Of a stretch of DNA of 64,000 nucleotides, positions 13,663 to 25,315 are shown in pieces (position 1 is the first letter of the stretch; every line of letters starts with the position of its first letter). A program made the translations under genes and the position numbers. This DNA comes from Lingula anatina (taxonomy: Eukaryota; Animalia; Brachiopoda). The notes under the pieces are model-generated. The model was not told the origin of the DNA, made no database searches, and saw only the letters and a program-made list of their open reading frames with translations. Where the stretch lies: NCBI GenBank assembly GCA_051362555.1, contig CM120641.1, positions 19,840,001-19,904,000 on the forward strand, read 5' to 3'.

Positions 13663-16600
13663 TCATATAAGTGACACTTCTTCAGTAGAAACACAGTCTG
13701 CTGGAAACCAGCCTTTCACGTTGTGAGCATGTGGTCTGTTTAAAACTTTGCCGTGTACATAACCCTGTCTTCTGTCCAAAATCTCAACTATCTCATTCTG
13801 AAGGACTGTGATCTCGCCTTTGTCCTAAAAACAGGAAAAAAGCTGCACGATTCCTGTATTTTAATATAAATAAACAAACAAACAATCATTTTATGGATTA
13901 CTGAAAGCAATGGATAGCAAACATAAGCGCTAAGTTTGCTGATAGATTTGCTAAAGTGCTTTCTAATAATTTGGCTGAACATTAAAAAAAAAATAACCCA
14001 AGGGACTCTTAATATAATTGACAAATACAGAAGGGAGGTTAATCTAATAAATTTGAATGGTAATAAAACTAGGATAACAAAATAGCCATAATCTAAAAAA
14101 AAAATTGAAATAATCTCAGTTTTGTAATATCCCAGAACATTTTTTCACCCTTTAAGAAAGTTGAACATTTGCCAGTTTTGACATTTTTTTATTGCCAAAA
14201 TTGGACACAACATCAATGAAAAGAAAAAGAAGCATAGGGATGGGAATCAGAAACATATAATACAATTAACTACTAAAATAAAAGCACATGTAAATAACTG
14301 AAGCAGTCAAAATTAAAAGAAAAGAAAGGGAGCAAGCGGTAGCCTCCACATTGTACCTTGGCTTCAAACTTCTTGATAATTTGGTAAGTTTTGCGTTTGT
14401 CTGGATAGATTTCATTTACAGAAGCATACAAGCCATCACCTGAGTCTGCAAAAGGGAAAAGCTATAAATAAACTGAGTGCTCTTTCCTGGCTGTGCTCAC
14501 CACGCCCAACTAAGTTGTGCATTGCATAAGAAACCTCAAAACACTGAAACATTTTCCTTATAATTTCCAAGTGAATAATTCTAAATTATAAAAGTAAAAA
14601 AATAATAAATAAATATATAAAAATAAAATTTAAAAAACTTTTTAATGCCTTTAACCTGAAATTTAACCCCCCCCCAAACAATTCTTGTAATATTTTTAAG
14701 TTCTTTGATTAAAAATTAAAGGAAATGAGCCCTGCAAAAGCAATATAAAAAGTTGAAGAAATGTGATTTTTCTTAGCCTCAGAATTTAGCATGCATGTTC
14801 AGAGCCATTGAATTTCATATAATTTTACATTTAAAAGAATAAATATCAAAGAAATCAAAAGTCAGACTGGAAAGCTTACTTAAATGTAACATTATGAAAT
14901 ACTGTTTAACAACTTACACCAAAGCAATGATTACAACAACAACGTGATATATGGAGTAAAAAAAAAAAAAAAAAAAAAAAAAGTCAGCAGCAGTTTCCAC
15001 AATAGTTAAGCACTACCCACTAAAAAAACATTGATGTTCTTACAAGTTCGTAATCAATTTTCACAAGATATACATAACAAAAATTTAACTTAACAATAAA
15101 AATTCTTCAAACAACACCTAAAAATCAGAGTTATCATCACTCCAATATTTCAATGTCTCACAAGAAGCCTTCATCATGGACTGAGGCTATAGGTCCTATA
15201 GTAACCCCTACCTAGGACTGCAGTTGCCCCCTTTCCCTTCACTCTTTGTAAAAATTATGTGTGCTGAAAAACTCAAATATTGGAGTGGTAAAAACGCTGA
15301 GTTTACCTGTTGTTTGAAGAAACTATTATTGCAACTTTGAGTCCTAAACACAGCTGATGAAATTTTTTGCTGATGAACGGGGATTTATTACAATTACCGG
15401 TTCCTTCTGAAACAAAGAAAGTTGCTGAAGACACTCCTACTGGTGGTGGCGGCCTCTTGGGATTTGGCATTGTGCGAAAGTCGTGGTGGCGGTTATCACC
15501 AGGAAGAGGCTCAGGTGGACGACGGCTTAATGTTGTCACTCTGTTTCCATTTCCACCCCATGACTGCTGATACCTCTCATATACAATTGGGTCTACAATA
15601 CCATCATGATCAATATAAGTATCAGAAACAGAAGACAAAATGAGGTGTCATTTTGTTCCATTTTTCAAATTGAATGTCACACTTTTCTGCAGCACACCAC
15701 TGACTGGTTCTAACATGTAATAACAATATGGGAGGTTTTATTGTCTTTCACAAGTCCCAATTTACCAATCAAAACTAGAGGATCAGAGAGGCGATACCGC
15801 CTCCTGATATAGTACCACCAGCTGGAGCAAGCGCATTCATATGGACCCCGCCCCCCCCCCTCCAAAAAAGAGACACCACCACCAGTCTTATGCTTGACAA
15901 GCTCTATAAAATGCAATCAACAAGAATTCTCAAAATCTGCAAAAAAAATATAACCAAAAATGGTTCAATCAAAATTCAGTTCATCATAAAAAGTAGGTCA
16001 AAGGTCAATTTTAAAGTCACAGTTAATTGCCAGTATATGACTTCCTATTCAAGTTCAATAGTAACTATGGACCTATCTCTGCCAGTTTTGGAGATAAAAG
16101 GAAACCAAATTTTACAAAGTTCAATTCATGATGAAAAGTAGGTCAAAGGTCAATTTCAAGGTCACACTTAGATTGCCAGTATATGACTTCCTATTCAAGT
16201 GCAATAGTAACTATGGACCTATCTCTGCCAGTTTTGGAGATAAAAGGGAACAAAAATTTTCAAAGTTCAGTTCATGGTGAAAAGTAGGTCAAAGGTCACT
16301 TTTAAGGTCACAGTAAATTGCCTCTAGTGACTTTCTATTCAAATTCAATAGTAACTATGGGCGTATCTTTGCCAGTTTTGGAGATAAAAGGGAACCAAAA
16401 TTTGCAAAGTTCAAATCAGGATGAAAAGTAGGTAAAAGGTCAATTTCAAAGACACACTTAGATTGCCAGTATATGACTTCCTATTCAAGTTCAATAGTAA
16501 CTATGGACCTATCTCTGCCAGTTTTGAAGATAAAAGGGAACAAAAATTTGCAAAGTTCAGTTCATGGTGAAAAGTAGGTTATAGGTCTATTTCAAGATCA

Positions 16601-17941
16601 GTGTAAGATTACCAGTATATAACTTCCTATTCAACTTCAATACTAACTATGGACCTATCTCTGCCAGGTATGGAGTTAAAAGGGAAATAAATTAGCAGAG
16701 TTCAGTTCATGGTAAAAAGTAGGTCAAAGGTCAATTTCAAGGTCACACTTAGATTGCCAGTATATGACTTCCTATTCAACTTTAATAGTAACTATTGACG
16801 TTTCTCTGCCAGTTTTGGAGATAAAAGGGAACAAAAATTTGCAAAGTTCAGTTCATGGTTAAAAGTAGGTCAAAGGTCAATTTCAAGGTCACATTTAGAT
16901 TGCCAGTAAATGACTTCCTATTCAACTTAAACTATAACTATTGACCTATCTCTGCCAGTTTTGGAGATATAAGGGACTATATGTTATAATTCTGAGTTAC
17001 AATAATGTGCCACCACAATGTACTTTTTAATACAGCATAACACGAAAACCGTATGAAATACAAAAAAACGGAGACTACATCCCATGTTGGGCTTTACATG
17101 CTCTACAAAATGCAAAAAAGAATTGGTCTCTAGCATTAACGGTTTCCGAATTAGAGACAGTTTTCAGTTTCGGTATCTTATGGCCGCTACTCCCGTGAAA
17201 ATGTACTGATTGACCCCAAATTCACGGAGATGAAAGATGACCCAAAGGGTAACACTTTCCAATAATATTATTGGTTAAGTCTGTGTAGTGTCTGAATAAC
17301 AGCGCAAATAATTTTTTTTTCGTAAAAAATTTGTTTTTTTTTGAAAATTTTGGCCCCTTCGACCTTGGAATAAAGGTCAAAGGTCAAATCCAAGGGCATA
17401 TTTGTAATCTACACATATGACTTTTGGAAAGCCGTCTGTAGAAATTTTTCCCATAATTCCTTCCGTAGGGTAGATAATTGGTATTGAATTTTCAAAAATT
17501 TTGACAAGGGTGCATTTCAACAAGCGTCACGCCCAGGTCAATGCACCGACTGAGACAAAAAAAACCTGGGTGTTCAAGTTGAGGTTATATGTGACCTAAA
17601 TCCAAGAGATGGGGACAGGGGTCCTTGTGGTCTAGGAGGAGAAGCGGTAACGGTGACTTGTATCCGGCGCCAGTACGCGGAGCTCACGGAGCTCACGGAG
17701 CCGGCGGAGCCAACGGAGCCGGACGAGACGGGTCGGGACTAAAACCATGAGTACCGCCAGCGTACACGCTGGTGGTACTAATTAATAGAATAAGAATTGA
17801 AATAATTCTGTTACCTGGTCTACGTGTCCCAGTTTTCTTGTCTTCAATAAAGGCCATAATGTCTGCTTCTTCTTCACACTTTTCTAGGCTCAATCGAACA
17901 ACTTCACAATGCTGTAACATGAACACTTATATTAATGAATA

Positions 17942-17999
<58 letters not shown>

Positions 18000-20900
18000 G
18001 AGAATGAACCAATGAAAACCTGTTGTGGAAATTTCTCTTTAGCAAAATGTCAGAAGAAGATTAGAAAGTTGCCTTATAGACCTGCTTGGCTGCAATGCAG
18101 GTAAAAGAGAGGGAGAAAGTGTTCTTTACTTACATCATCAACTTCCACACATAACTGAGAGATAAAGTTTATATGCATCCACAGCTCATTCCTTAAAATA
18201 CCTATTCTCTCCTCCTCCATTTTTTGTGTTACCTGCAGGCCAATAAAAAAATATGGGCAGTTAATAAAGACAGAGCTTTCATTTTGTGTTTAATCTTTGA
18301 TGAATGATAACAAAATACACTTGACTTCTCACGAAACACTTATAATTAACTTAATAAAAAGATTTTTGAAAACACCAGTGATTATAGTACATGTTTAAAA
18401 TATTTTAGTCATAACTGAAAAATTAGTCATTCCTAAAAGCCATTTATTACATTGCATGCCAATTCCATTTCTTTCTCCCATTCCCGCCGAGCACCGTCTA
18501 AAGAGTCAATAGAACTACGATACATAAGATCTGAAAAAGAAAAAAATGGTGATAATAATTGTTAAAATCTATATAACAATATTTAGTTGTGAAAAATCTA
18601 ATAGTATATAATACATTTTAAAAAATGCCACTTGTTAACATCTTTGATTATGTCAAATCAAGAATTTGAGTTTTAGTTTTGAAATTTTAATAGATTAAAA
18701 GTTATGATTACCAACTATCAACAATAAACATGCTCATTAGCAGCAAAAATAGATATTTGAAAAAAAAAGCCATTATGTACAAGGGCAAAGCTAGAGTAAA
18801 ATGTGTTAACTGTTCTGAGGTGATGAGGGAGAATTGTGAGGGCTGTGTCATTATTACTTTTCAACTATATTTCTATATTCTATCATATACTACTTTTTTA
18901 CATCCATTATTATCCTTTTTATTCTTATTTGCATTTTCATGTTTATGCTCATAGATATAGGAGGTACACTGTGCAATATATAGTCCATTTTCCTAATAGA
19001 AAGGAAAAAAAGACTCTTTTTACTTCTAAATATTTCAAAGGCTTAAATACTGAACTGATTTGCTCAACATGAGAAAATAAAGCATTTAGTGCTCAAGTAA
19101 TCACTATTACATGATCCTTTACTCCATTTGCTACAAATAAACATAAAAAACAAGCAGAGGCCAATATGCCCCCCGCCCCCATATCTATGTATTAATTGGC
19201 ACATGACTTCATGAAACAGGCTTTTCAAGATATGTAAACACTGTCATGATATCATGTGAGCTAAAATTACAAAACTGAACTGGCCATTTAAGATTGCTTG
19301 AACATGACAAGTCAGATGTGAAAATCCTCAACTTACAGATTTTTTATATGTTCAACCACTGAAAACAAACTTAAATGTCCAGTTAATCAAAATGTTTTTG
19401 TTACCTGCTTGGTCCCGTTCTGTTTTAGCTTTTTCATATTTGGTTTTTGACTGTTGAGAAATACAAAAAATTACAAAAAATGTTTTCTATGTGATTTTGA
19501 ATGATGCATAAACATGGCATTATAGCTCTCTAGTCTGTGCACTAGTGGTCTGTTACAAAATAATTGCATGTCAGCTGCAGCTCATACTTAAAATTTTGTA
19601 TTCTACTTCAGAAGCCCCCGACATCAGAAGATAGTATTATAGCATAAATTTACCTTACACATATAAAAAACATGCAAATTCTGTTTCTCTCTAAAGGCAC
19701 TAATCAACAGGTTATAATAAATGGCACATACATTCATACTATGTGTCTGATAAGTTATCTGGCTGGTGTCACAATTTTTTTTCAATTTCAGCAACAAACT
19801 ACTTAGTTTCCTCAATCTTGAAAGAATTCCATCTTAAAGTCAATTGCACTTTTTCTCTCTTCTCTGCCATGCTTCTAAGCACTGCTACAAGGACTTCCAA
19901 AATTTTCTCAGGCTCTTTGTTATGGCACTCTTGATGACCTCCAAGTATTCAAAACAGGTCCCCTTGAAGTTGGGAAAAAAGAAAATGGTCGCACAGAGCA
20001 AGATCCAATGAATAAGGAGGTTGCTCAAACATGGCCATGGTACTGCTCATCTGATCTTGCATCAATTACCTTTTGCCCCCCCCCCACCCCCTAAGCCCAA
20101 GGGGGTCAGCAAGAGCATCTGGAAGATTCCTTAAAGCACTGTATACAAGAGTGGCAGAGAAAGGTAGAAAAGTGCATTGGTATTATTTTTAAGGGAAAGC
20201 ATGTAGTTTGTTGCTTTGAGTCGAAATAAATTGTTTCTGACCCCAGTCTTGTTACTTTTTAGAAGCATCTGGTACACATCGGCATATACTAACTTATACT
20301 ATGTAAATACATATAAAAGAGATAACAATTCAGAACCCCTCACATTTGGTGTCACTTAGGGGAAACAGTAAACATAATTTAGCAAATTTACAAAGAGCAC
20401 AGCAGCAAAACATTAACATGCTAACAAATAGTTATATTTTGATCATTTTATTTCATAAAAAAAGCCCTCAACAATTGCATGTAAGATATTGTTTTTACTA
20501 ATGCTTACCTTCTGTATTTCCTTAGCTTGTATATTTGGCTGACTATTCAGAGAGAGATATTGTTCATGAGCCTCATCACAATTGCGACATTTGCTTTCAT
20601 AGTTCTTTTTGCTCTGAAATTATAAAAACAAACATTCACACAATTACTGAGACAACAGAAAACATCACACTCAATTCTGTGTACAGTAAACCTTTGTTTA
20701 TGAGCTTGTAAGACAGCTTATTTTGTAACTTTCCCAAGTTAATTTCTTCAAAAAATACAGTAGCTCTTTAGCTGCATTGTCTCAAAATGCGCTGCATTGT
20801 CTCAAAATACTTCATTTAATGTATTGAAAGAGGAATTAAAAACTATATATGGCACTAAATTACCTGAATGGTCTTATGGTACAAAGAAATTTTATTTGTT

Positions 20901-23821
20901 TGGACTTTTTTCATGGTATCTTCCACCTAAAATAGAAATCTTTCAGAGGTAAGAACAGCAAGTTCTGTGTAACTATGCTTTTTTTAAAAAAATTCTATGT
21001 AGATAACTTAGTTATAAATGAACCACAAGAAAGACTGCCACCCATCTTTCTAAAAATCTAGACCTTGTTTTTAATTAATAACAATAAAATTGTCATGCTG
21101 TGTTTGTATGGTGCACATAGTATCTTAGATTGCTAGACAATTTTTTGTAATGTAATTGCTGGATAAAGCTCAGAAGGAAATATTGACTTCAGGTACACCT
21201 CTTATAAACTTTCAATTGGGATTCTTTTTTTAGCTTTATAGGGTCTAAATTGGGAAAACAATCTTGAAGCTTTCCAGATAAAAATATAACTTTAGGACAT
21301 TTCTAAACGGCACAAACTACCTATTGTTTTAATCATACAATTTATCATATATTTTATCATTAAAATGTTGGTCTTCTATATATTAAAATTGTTATTCTGC
21401 TTCTTATGTGCAGTTTTCTTGTAAACTCACTTGTTTTCTCTCATCTTTTTGTTTAGTCATGAATTGATTTAATCTTTCCACTTCTTTATTTAATTCCCGG
21501 CTAAACTCTAAGTGAGCATTGGCCATGGCTTCAGTGCGAGACTTCACTTCTTCCCATGACGCCCTTAGGGTACTGTAAAATACAATATAATATAAAGGTT
21601 AACTCAGTGTATCTGCTTCCTTAAGGGGAAATCAGTGCATCCCCCTTCCTTAGAGGGAAATGAGTAGCAAGTTGACACTTGGTAAAATGTTTCTGTTCCT
21701 ACCAATTCAGTTCCAGAACAAACACTTGTTTTTTTGTTTCTACAGTTGTATATCCTCATGGGGCATAATGAAAAGAGGAAAAGGTTTAATGGCAGGAAAA
21801 CAGCATCATAGAAAAAATGATGGGATGCCCAAAACATTAAACAAGTGTTTCTCAAAATGAGAATATTTACTTAAGAAAATCTCCTCTCCTTTCCTCTAAT
21901 GCATTCAGTTTTCTTTCATCAAAATTAATCCGCCTCTTTCATAAATCACTAAATTGTCATATCTTGCTTATATTCTTATGGTGTAATTTTCTTCTACGAT
22001 AGTTATGAAATTTGACATACAACTATAGGGGTTAGGGCCATTATTATCAATTTTAAAACTTCTCAATTAACATGCGTTTCAAAGAACAATTTCTTGCAAA
22101 TATTCACTATATAGCATGTGATTTTCATTTTAAGTAGATAAGATGATTAAATCTGTGATAGATCATATCTTGCCAAAGATATCAGCTCTGACCAAACAAC
22201 ACTTTCACAACATGAATATACATACTAGCACTAGATATAAACTGAAACAAAAACATATCCACTTGTTGTTATCTGTTTCAAAATAAAAGAGGTCTACTTG
22301 TAGATAGCTTTACCCATTTTCAGTTGCACCTCCTGCTTTCTTCGTCAAGTTTATTAAATTCTTTTGGTAGTCTTCCTCAATCTTAGCCCTTACAAATGAA
22401 TAAATGTAATAAGGTAATGTAATATTCTTAATAAGACAAAAACAACAATTACATAATGAATATTATTAACATCTCTCAAAAGGGGAAAAATGGATGTTTC
22501 AAAATGACCTCTATAAAAGTATATAAGCATCATCATTATAGGCTGCCATATTAAACTTGTAAGTACTATATATACACAATGGCAAAAGCATTATCATATA
22601 TTAAGTAAATAGAAGATAGCACTTTACTCAAGCAATGATTGTCATTCTGCATTATGACGACAAAAGATGTTAATCATTTAACTTCAGTTAAAACTTATCA
22701 GTCATTGTTACCCTTTAGGGAGCTTAGCTATGACAAGCCGAGGTGTATGGTCAGCTTTTACCTGCCATGTGTTGATGTGAGAGGGAGACAAAAGAACGCA
22801 ACACTGCCCATGCGCTTTTACTGCTCTAAACTAATCTTTATTTACCATTTTTATAACATTTTTTATAAGTATGCTGCAAATGTACTTAAGCAATTTGGCA
22901 ATTCTATGATATCTATAATATGTTTATTGGGGGTAATAGATTTTTAACACTTATAGTGGACTCGTACGTGTGTGTGTAGGGGGGGGGGGGAGAGAGAGAG
23001 AGGGGAATCAACCTACTGCTAGGTTGTTACAACTTGTACATTTACTTTCCTCATGCAAATATTCATTTTGAATATTTTAAACCTCAAAACATGACATCAT
23101 GTAAAGCAAATGAACCAAATGAATTTCACCTGCTGAAAAAATTTTGGATAAAATTCAAGATACCTCTGTTTTAGAAAATCTTCCACATCTTTGACCATCT
23201 GCCTTCCATCTTTCAATCGTCTGCATACTGTATCGAAACCAAGTGTGCTGCAAAACTCTGTGCCCTAAAATGATATAATTTGCTCCATGTACTATACCAG
23301 TTCAATTTAGCTTTTACTGTTTATATTGAACCAGTCACATGTGAATCAGTGACAAGTTTGCCACTGTACCTACAGGTGTACCCAAGGAAAGATCTTTTTT
23401 TTTGTTTTATTGTTGTATTAAAAAAAGACCATTTTGATTCAGTCAAACTATAATTAATAGTATTATATTTTAGACAAAAACTATTTTGATGCACAACATA
23501 AAGCAAAATGGGAAGCTTTCAGAAACAATGACTAAGAGGGAAAATTATCGATTCTTGGAAACCGAGCACTAGTACTTAATTGCTCGTCCAGCTTTGTCTA
23601 TACACAGTTTTAACTGCATATATGTATACGGGTGTTTTACATAATTCTTTTTTTACCAAGATCTATCAGAAACCTCAGCTGAATCTATAAAACAAATAAA
23701 AATATAGCAAAACTGAATGTACCATAAACAACACTGATATACCTCTACATGTACATTCTTCTCTAACGCTGACAGAAACACTCACCCAAAAAGCGTCTGA
23801 AAATTTCTTCAGCTTGGTCAT
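13663..23821 (-). CDS. PSTPIP1: PSTPIP1-like F-BAR protein with a divergent C-terminal SH3 domain (about 429 aa)
   Basis: 13 phase-consistent exons: 23786-23821, 23164-23264, 22314-22388, 21431-21572, 20864-20926, 20509-20613, 19405-19450, 18451-18530, 18134-18232, 17815-17911, 15398-15592, 14357-14445, 13663-13824. N-terminus MTKLKKFSDAFWGTEFCSTLGFDTVCRRLKDGRQMVKDVEDFLKQRAKIEEDY matches the PSTPIP FCH domain. Also SKKNYESKCR, EEERIGILRNELWMHIN and an SH3 ending KGWFPADCV. Confidence 0.9.
15775..17781 (-). mobile_element. Non-autonomous Helentron-associated (HINE/DINE-1-like) element with an internal satellite array, in a PSTPIP1-like intron
   Basis: Subterminal inverted repeats tagtaccaccagc (15810-15822) and gctggtggtacta (17768-17780). 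5' hairpin at 17750-17779, short GC-rich cggagc repeats at 17677-17740, and 3' stem-loop at 15782-15808 followed on the minus strand by CTAG-TTTT. This is the canonical HINE layout. Confidence 0.85.
15970..16978. repeat. Tandem array of about seven 144-146-bp units
   Basis: aagtaggt anchor at 15991, 16136, 16282, 16426, 16572, 16717 and 16863. Confidence 0.95.
17946..17995. repeat. (GA)n microsatellite
   Basis: Direct reading. Confidence 0.95.
19737..20274. mobile_element. Degenerate mariner-derived fold-back element (two inverted transposase 3' ends)
   Basis: Minus strand 20030-19830 translates, with a frameshift and stops, to EQPPYSLDLALCDHFLF/FPNFKGTCFEYLEVIKSAIT...QCLEAWQRREKKC, matching the mariner HPPYSPDLAPxD...WxxRxxKC C-terminus. 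Plus strand about 20120-20180 gives EDSLKHCIQEWQRKVEKCI. The ends (tactatgtgtctgataag... and ...ctttttagaagcatctggta) are degenerate inverted repeats bounded by TA. Confidence 0.75.
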
Positions 23822-24295
23822 CTTGCAGATTGAAAATGCTCCACAAACACAATGAAATGGTGGAGCTCTCGGCTTTATTTTGAATCAGCAAAGTAAGTGA
23901 TTCCTGACTAGCCTTGTTTTACCAGTTTGCTACCAGCATTAATTATAGGCTTGCACGTTTCTGCATCCTGCATCCTGTGTCCCAAATAAATGATTTTTAA
24001 GAGGGTGCTGTATGAACCCGGAAGTTTAATGTATACACCAAAATAAGAAAATATCAGTCAAGTTACTCTTAAAACTTGGTAATATTTTAATACAAAATCG
24101 TTTGGGGGAAAATTGCAACGTTTCTTTCTATATTTTTATTTACAGTTATTGCAAGTTTAATTCAGTGCAGAACAAGGTCAAGGTCATAAAAAGTTGCCAA
24201 CCTCTGCAAAGGCACACGTTTGTCATACTTTTGGACATTGCCCGAATAAACGAAAGACAATGTAATGTGAGATAGCTTGAAAGGTAGCTAGTAAC
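23822..24295. promoter_or_regulatory. Putative bidirectional promoter between PSTPIP1-like and RNF180-like
   Basis: Divergent start codons 474 bp apart. ETS-type CCGGAAGT at 24018-24025 and tandem AGGTCA half-sites at 24175-24186. Confidence 0.6.
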
Positions 24296-25247
24296 ATGAC
24301 CGAAGAAAAGTACAAGTGCCGTATGTGCAGACATACCCTTACTTCGAGTACAGACATATCAGGTGACGTGTTGTTAACACAAAGTTCAAGATAGTCCAAA
24401 ACCGGTTTTACAAATGAACTTATTCCTGAATTAAATCGATCTAAATTATTGTCTGTTTTTGACTAAAATGATTCAGCAGCAGTTCAGATAGTTGGAATAT
24501 CGGGACTCTTTTAAAACAAGAAAGACTTACAATACAATAATTTCATTGAATACTAATAGTATGTACAACTACCGGTACTTTACTATACTTTTGCTAGTGC
24601 CACCATTTAACGTTCAACTTACCATGTACTTCCATGAATTACCATGTTTTAAAACTCTAGAGGCTTAAGTTCTTTTGTGCTACCAGACCCTAAGGCTTTA
24701 TAGACTAACAGTAAATTAACCCACATATTACAATGTACTTGCACATACAGTACATATACAGTACCATTACTGTACAGTACTAGTAGCATGATTATAAATA
24801 TATTTCGTACTCTGACAGTATTTCAACATTAATATTGACTTTAAAGTAAATCTTGTTCTTAGTTTCATTGGTAATTTGACCTTTATTCAAAGCTGCAATG
24901 AGTTTGATTGTATTTCTTTTATACAGTATCTTGGCCCACACTGACATTGATATGGTTCAACAATGCATTGATGGAATTTATTTTATCATTATTCCACAAT
25001 AGATTTGGACTGCAACACTTCCTCATCTTTGATATGGTTAAGAAAGATGGACAGTTTGGAAGGCCCCCAATGGATTTTGGATCAACTCTTAAAGGTAATT
25101 GTACATGTTAAAGATGGGGTCATTTCTTTCTTTGTGTGAGATGGATAATATAAAGAATTGAGTGTAACATGAAACTGTATTTCATCCAAATATCCTCTTT
25201 TTGAAGCACCCTTTTACTTTATAAATGTAACTACAGTAATATTACTG

Positions 25248-25315
<68 letters not shown>

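Noticed and set aside
15970-16978. Regular array as a CRISPR locus
   Set aside because: Whole units are homologous with no unique spacers, there are no cas genes, and the context is a eukaryotic intron.
20771-20810. 20-bp tandem duplication in an intron
   Set aside because: Ordinary slippage with no functional signal.
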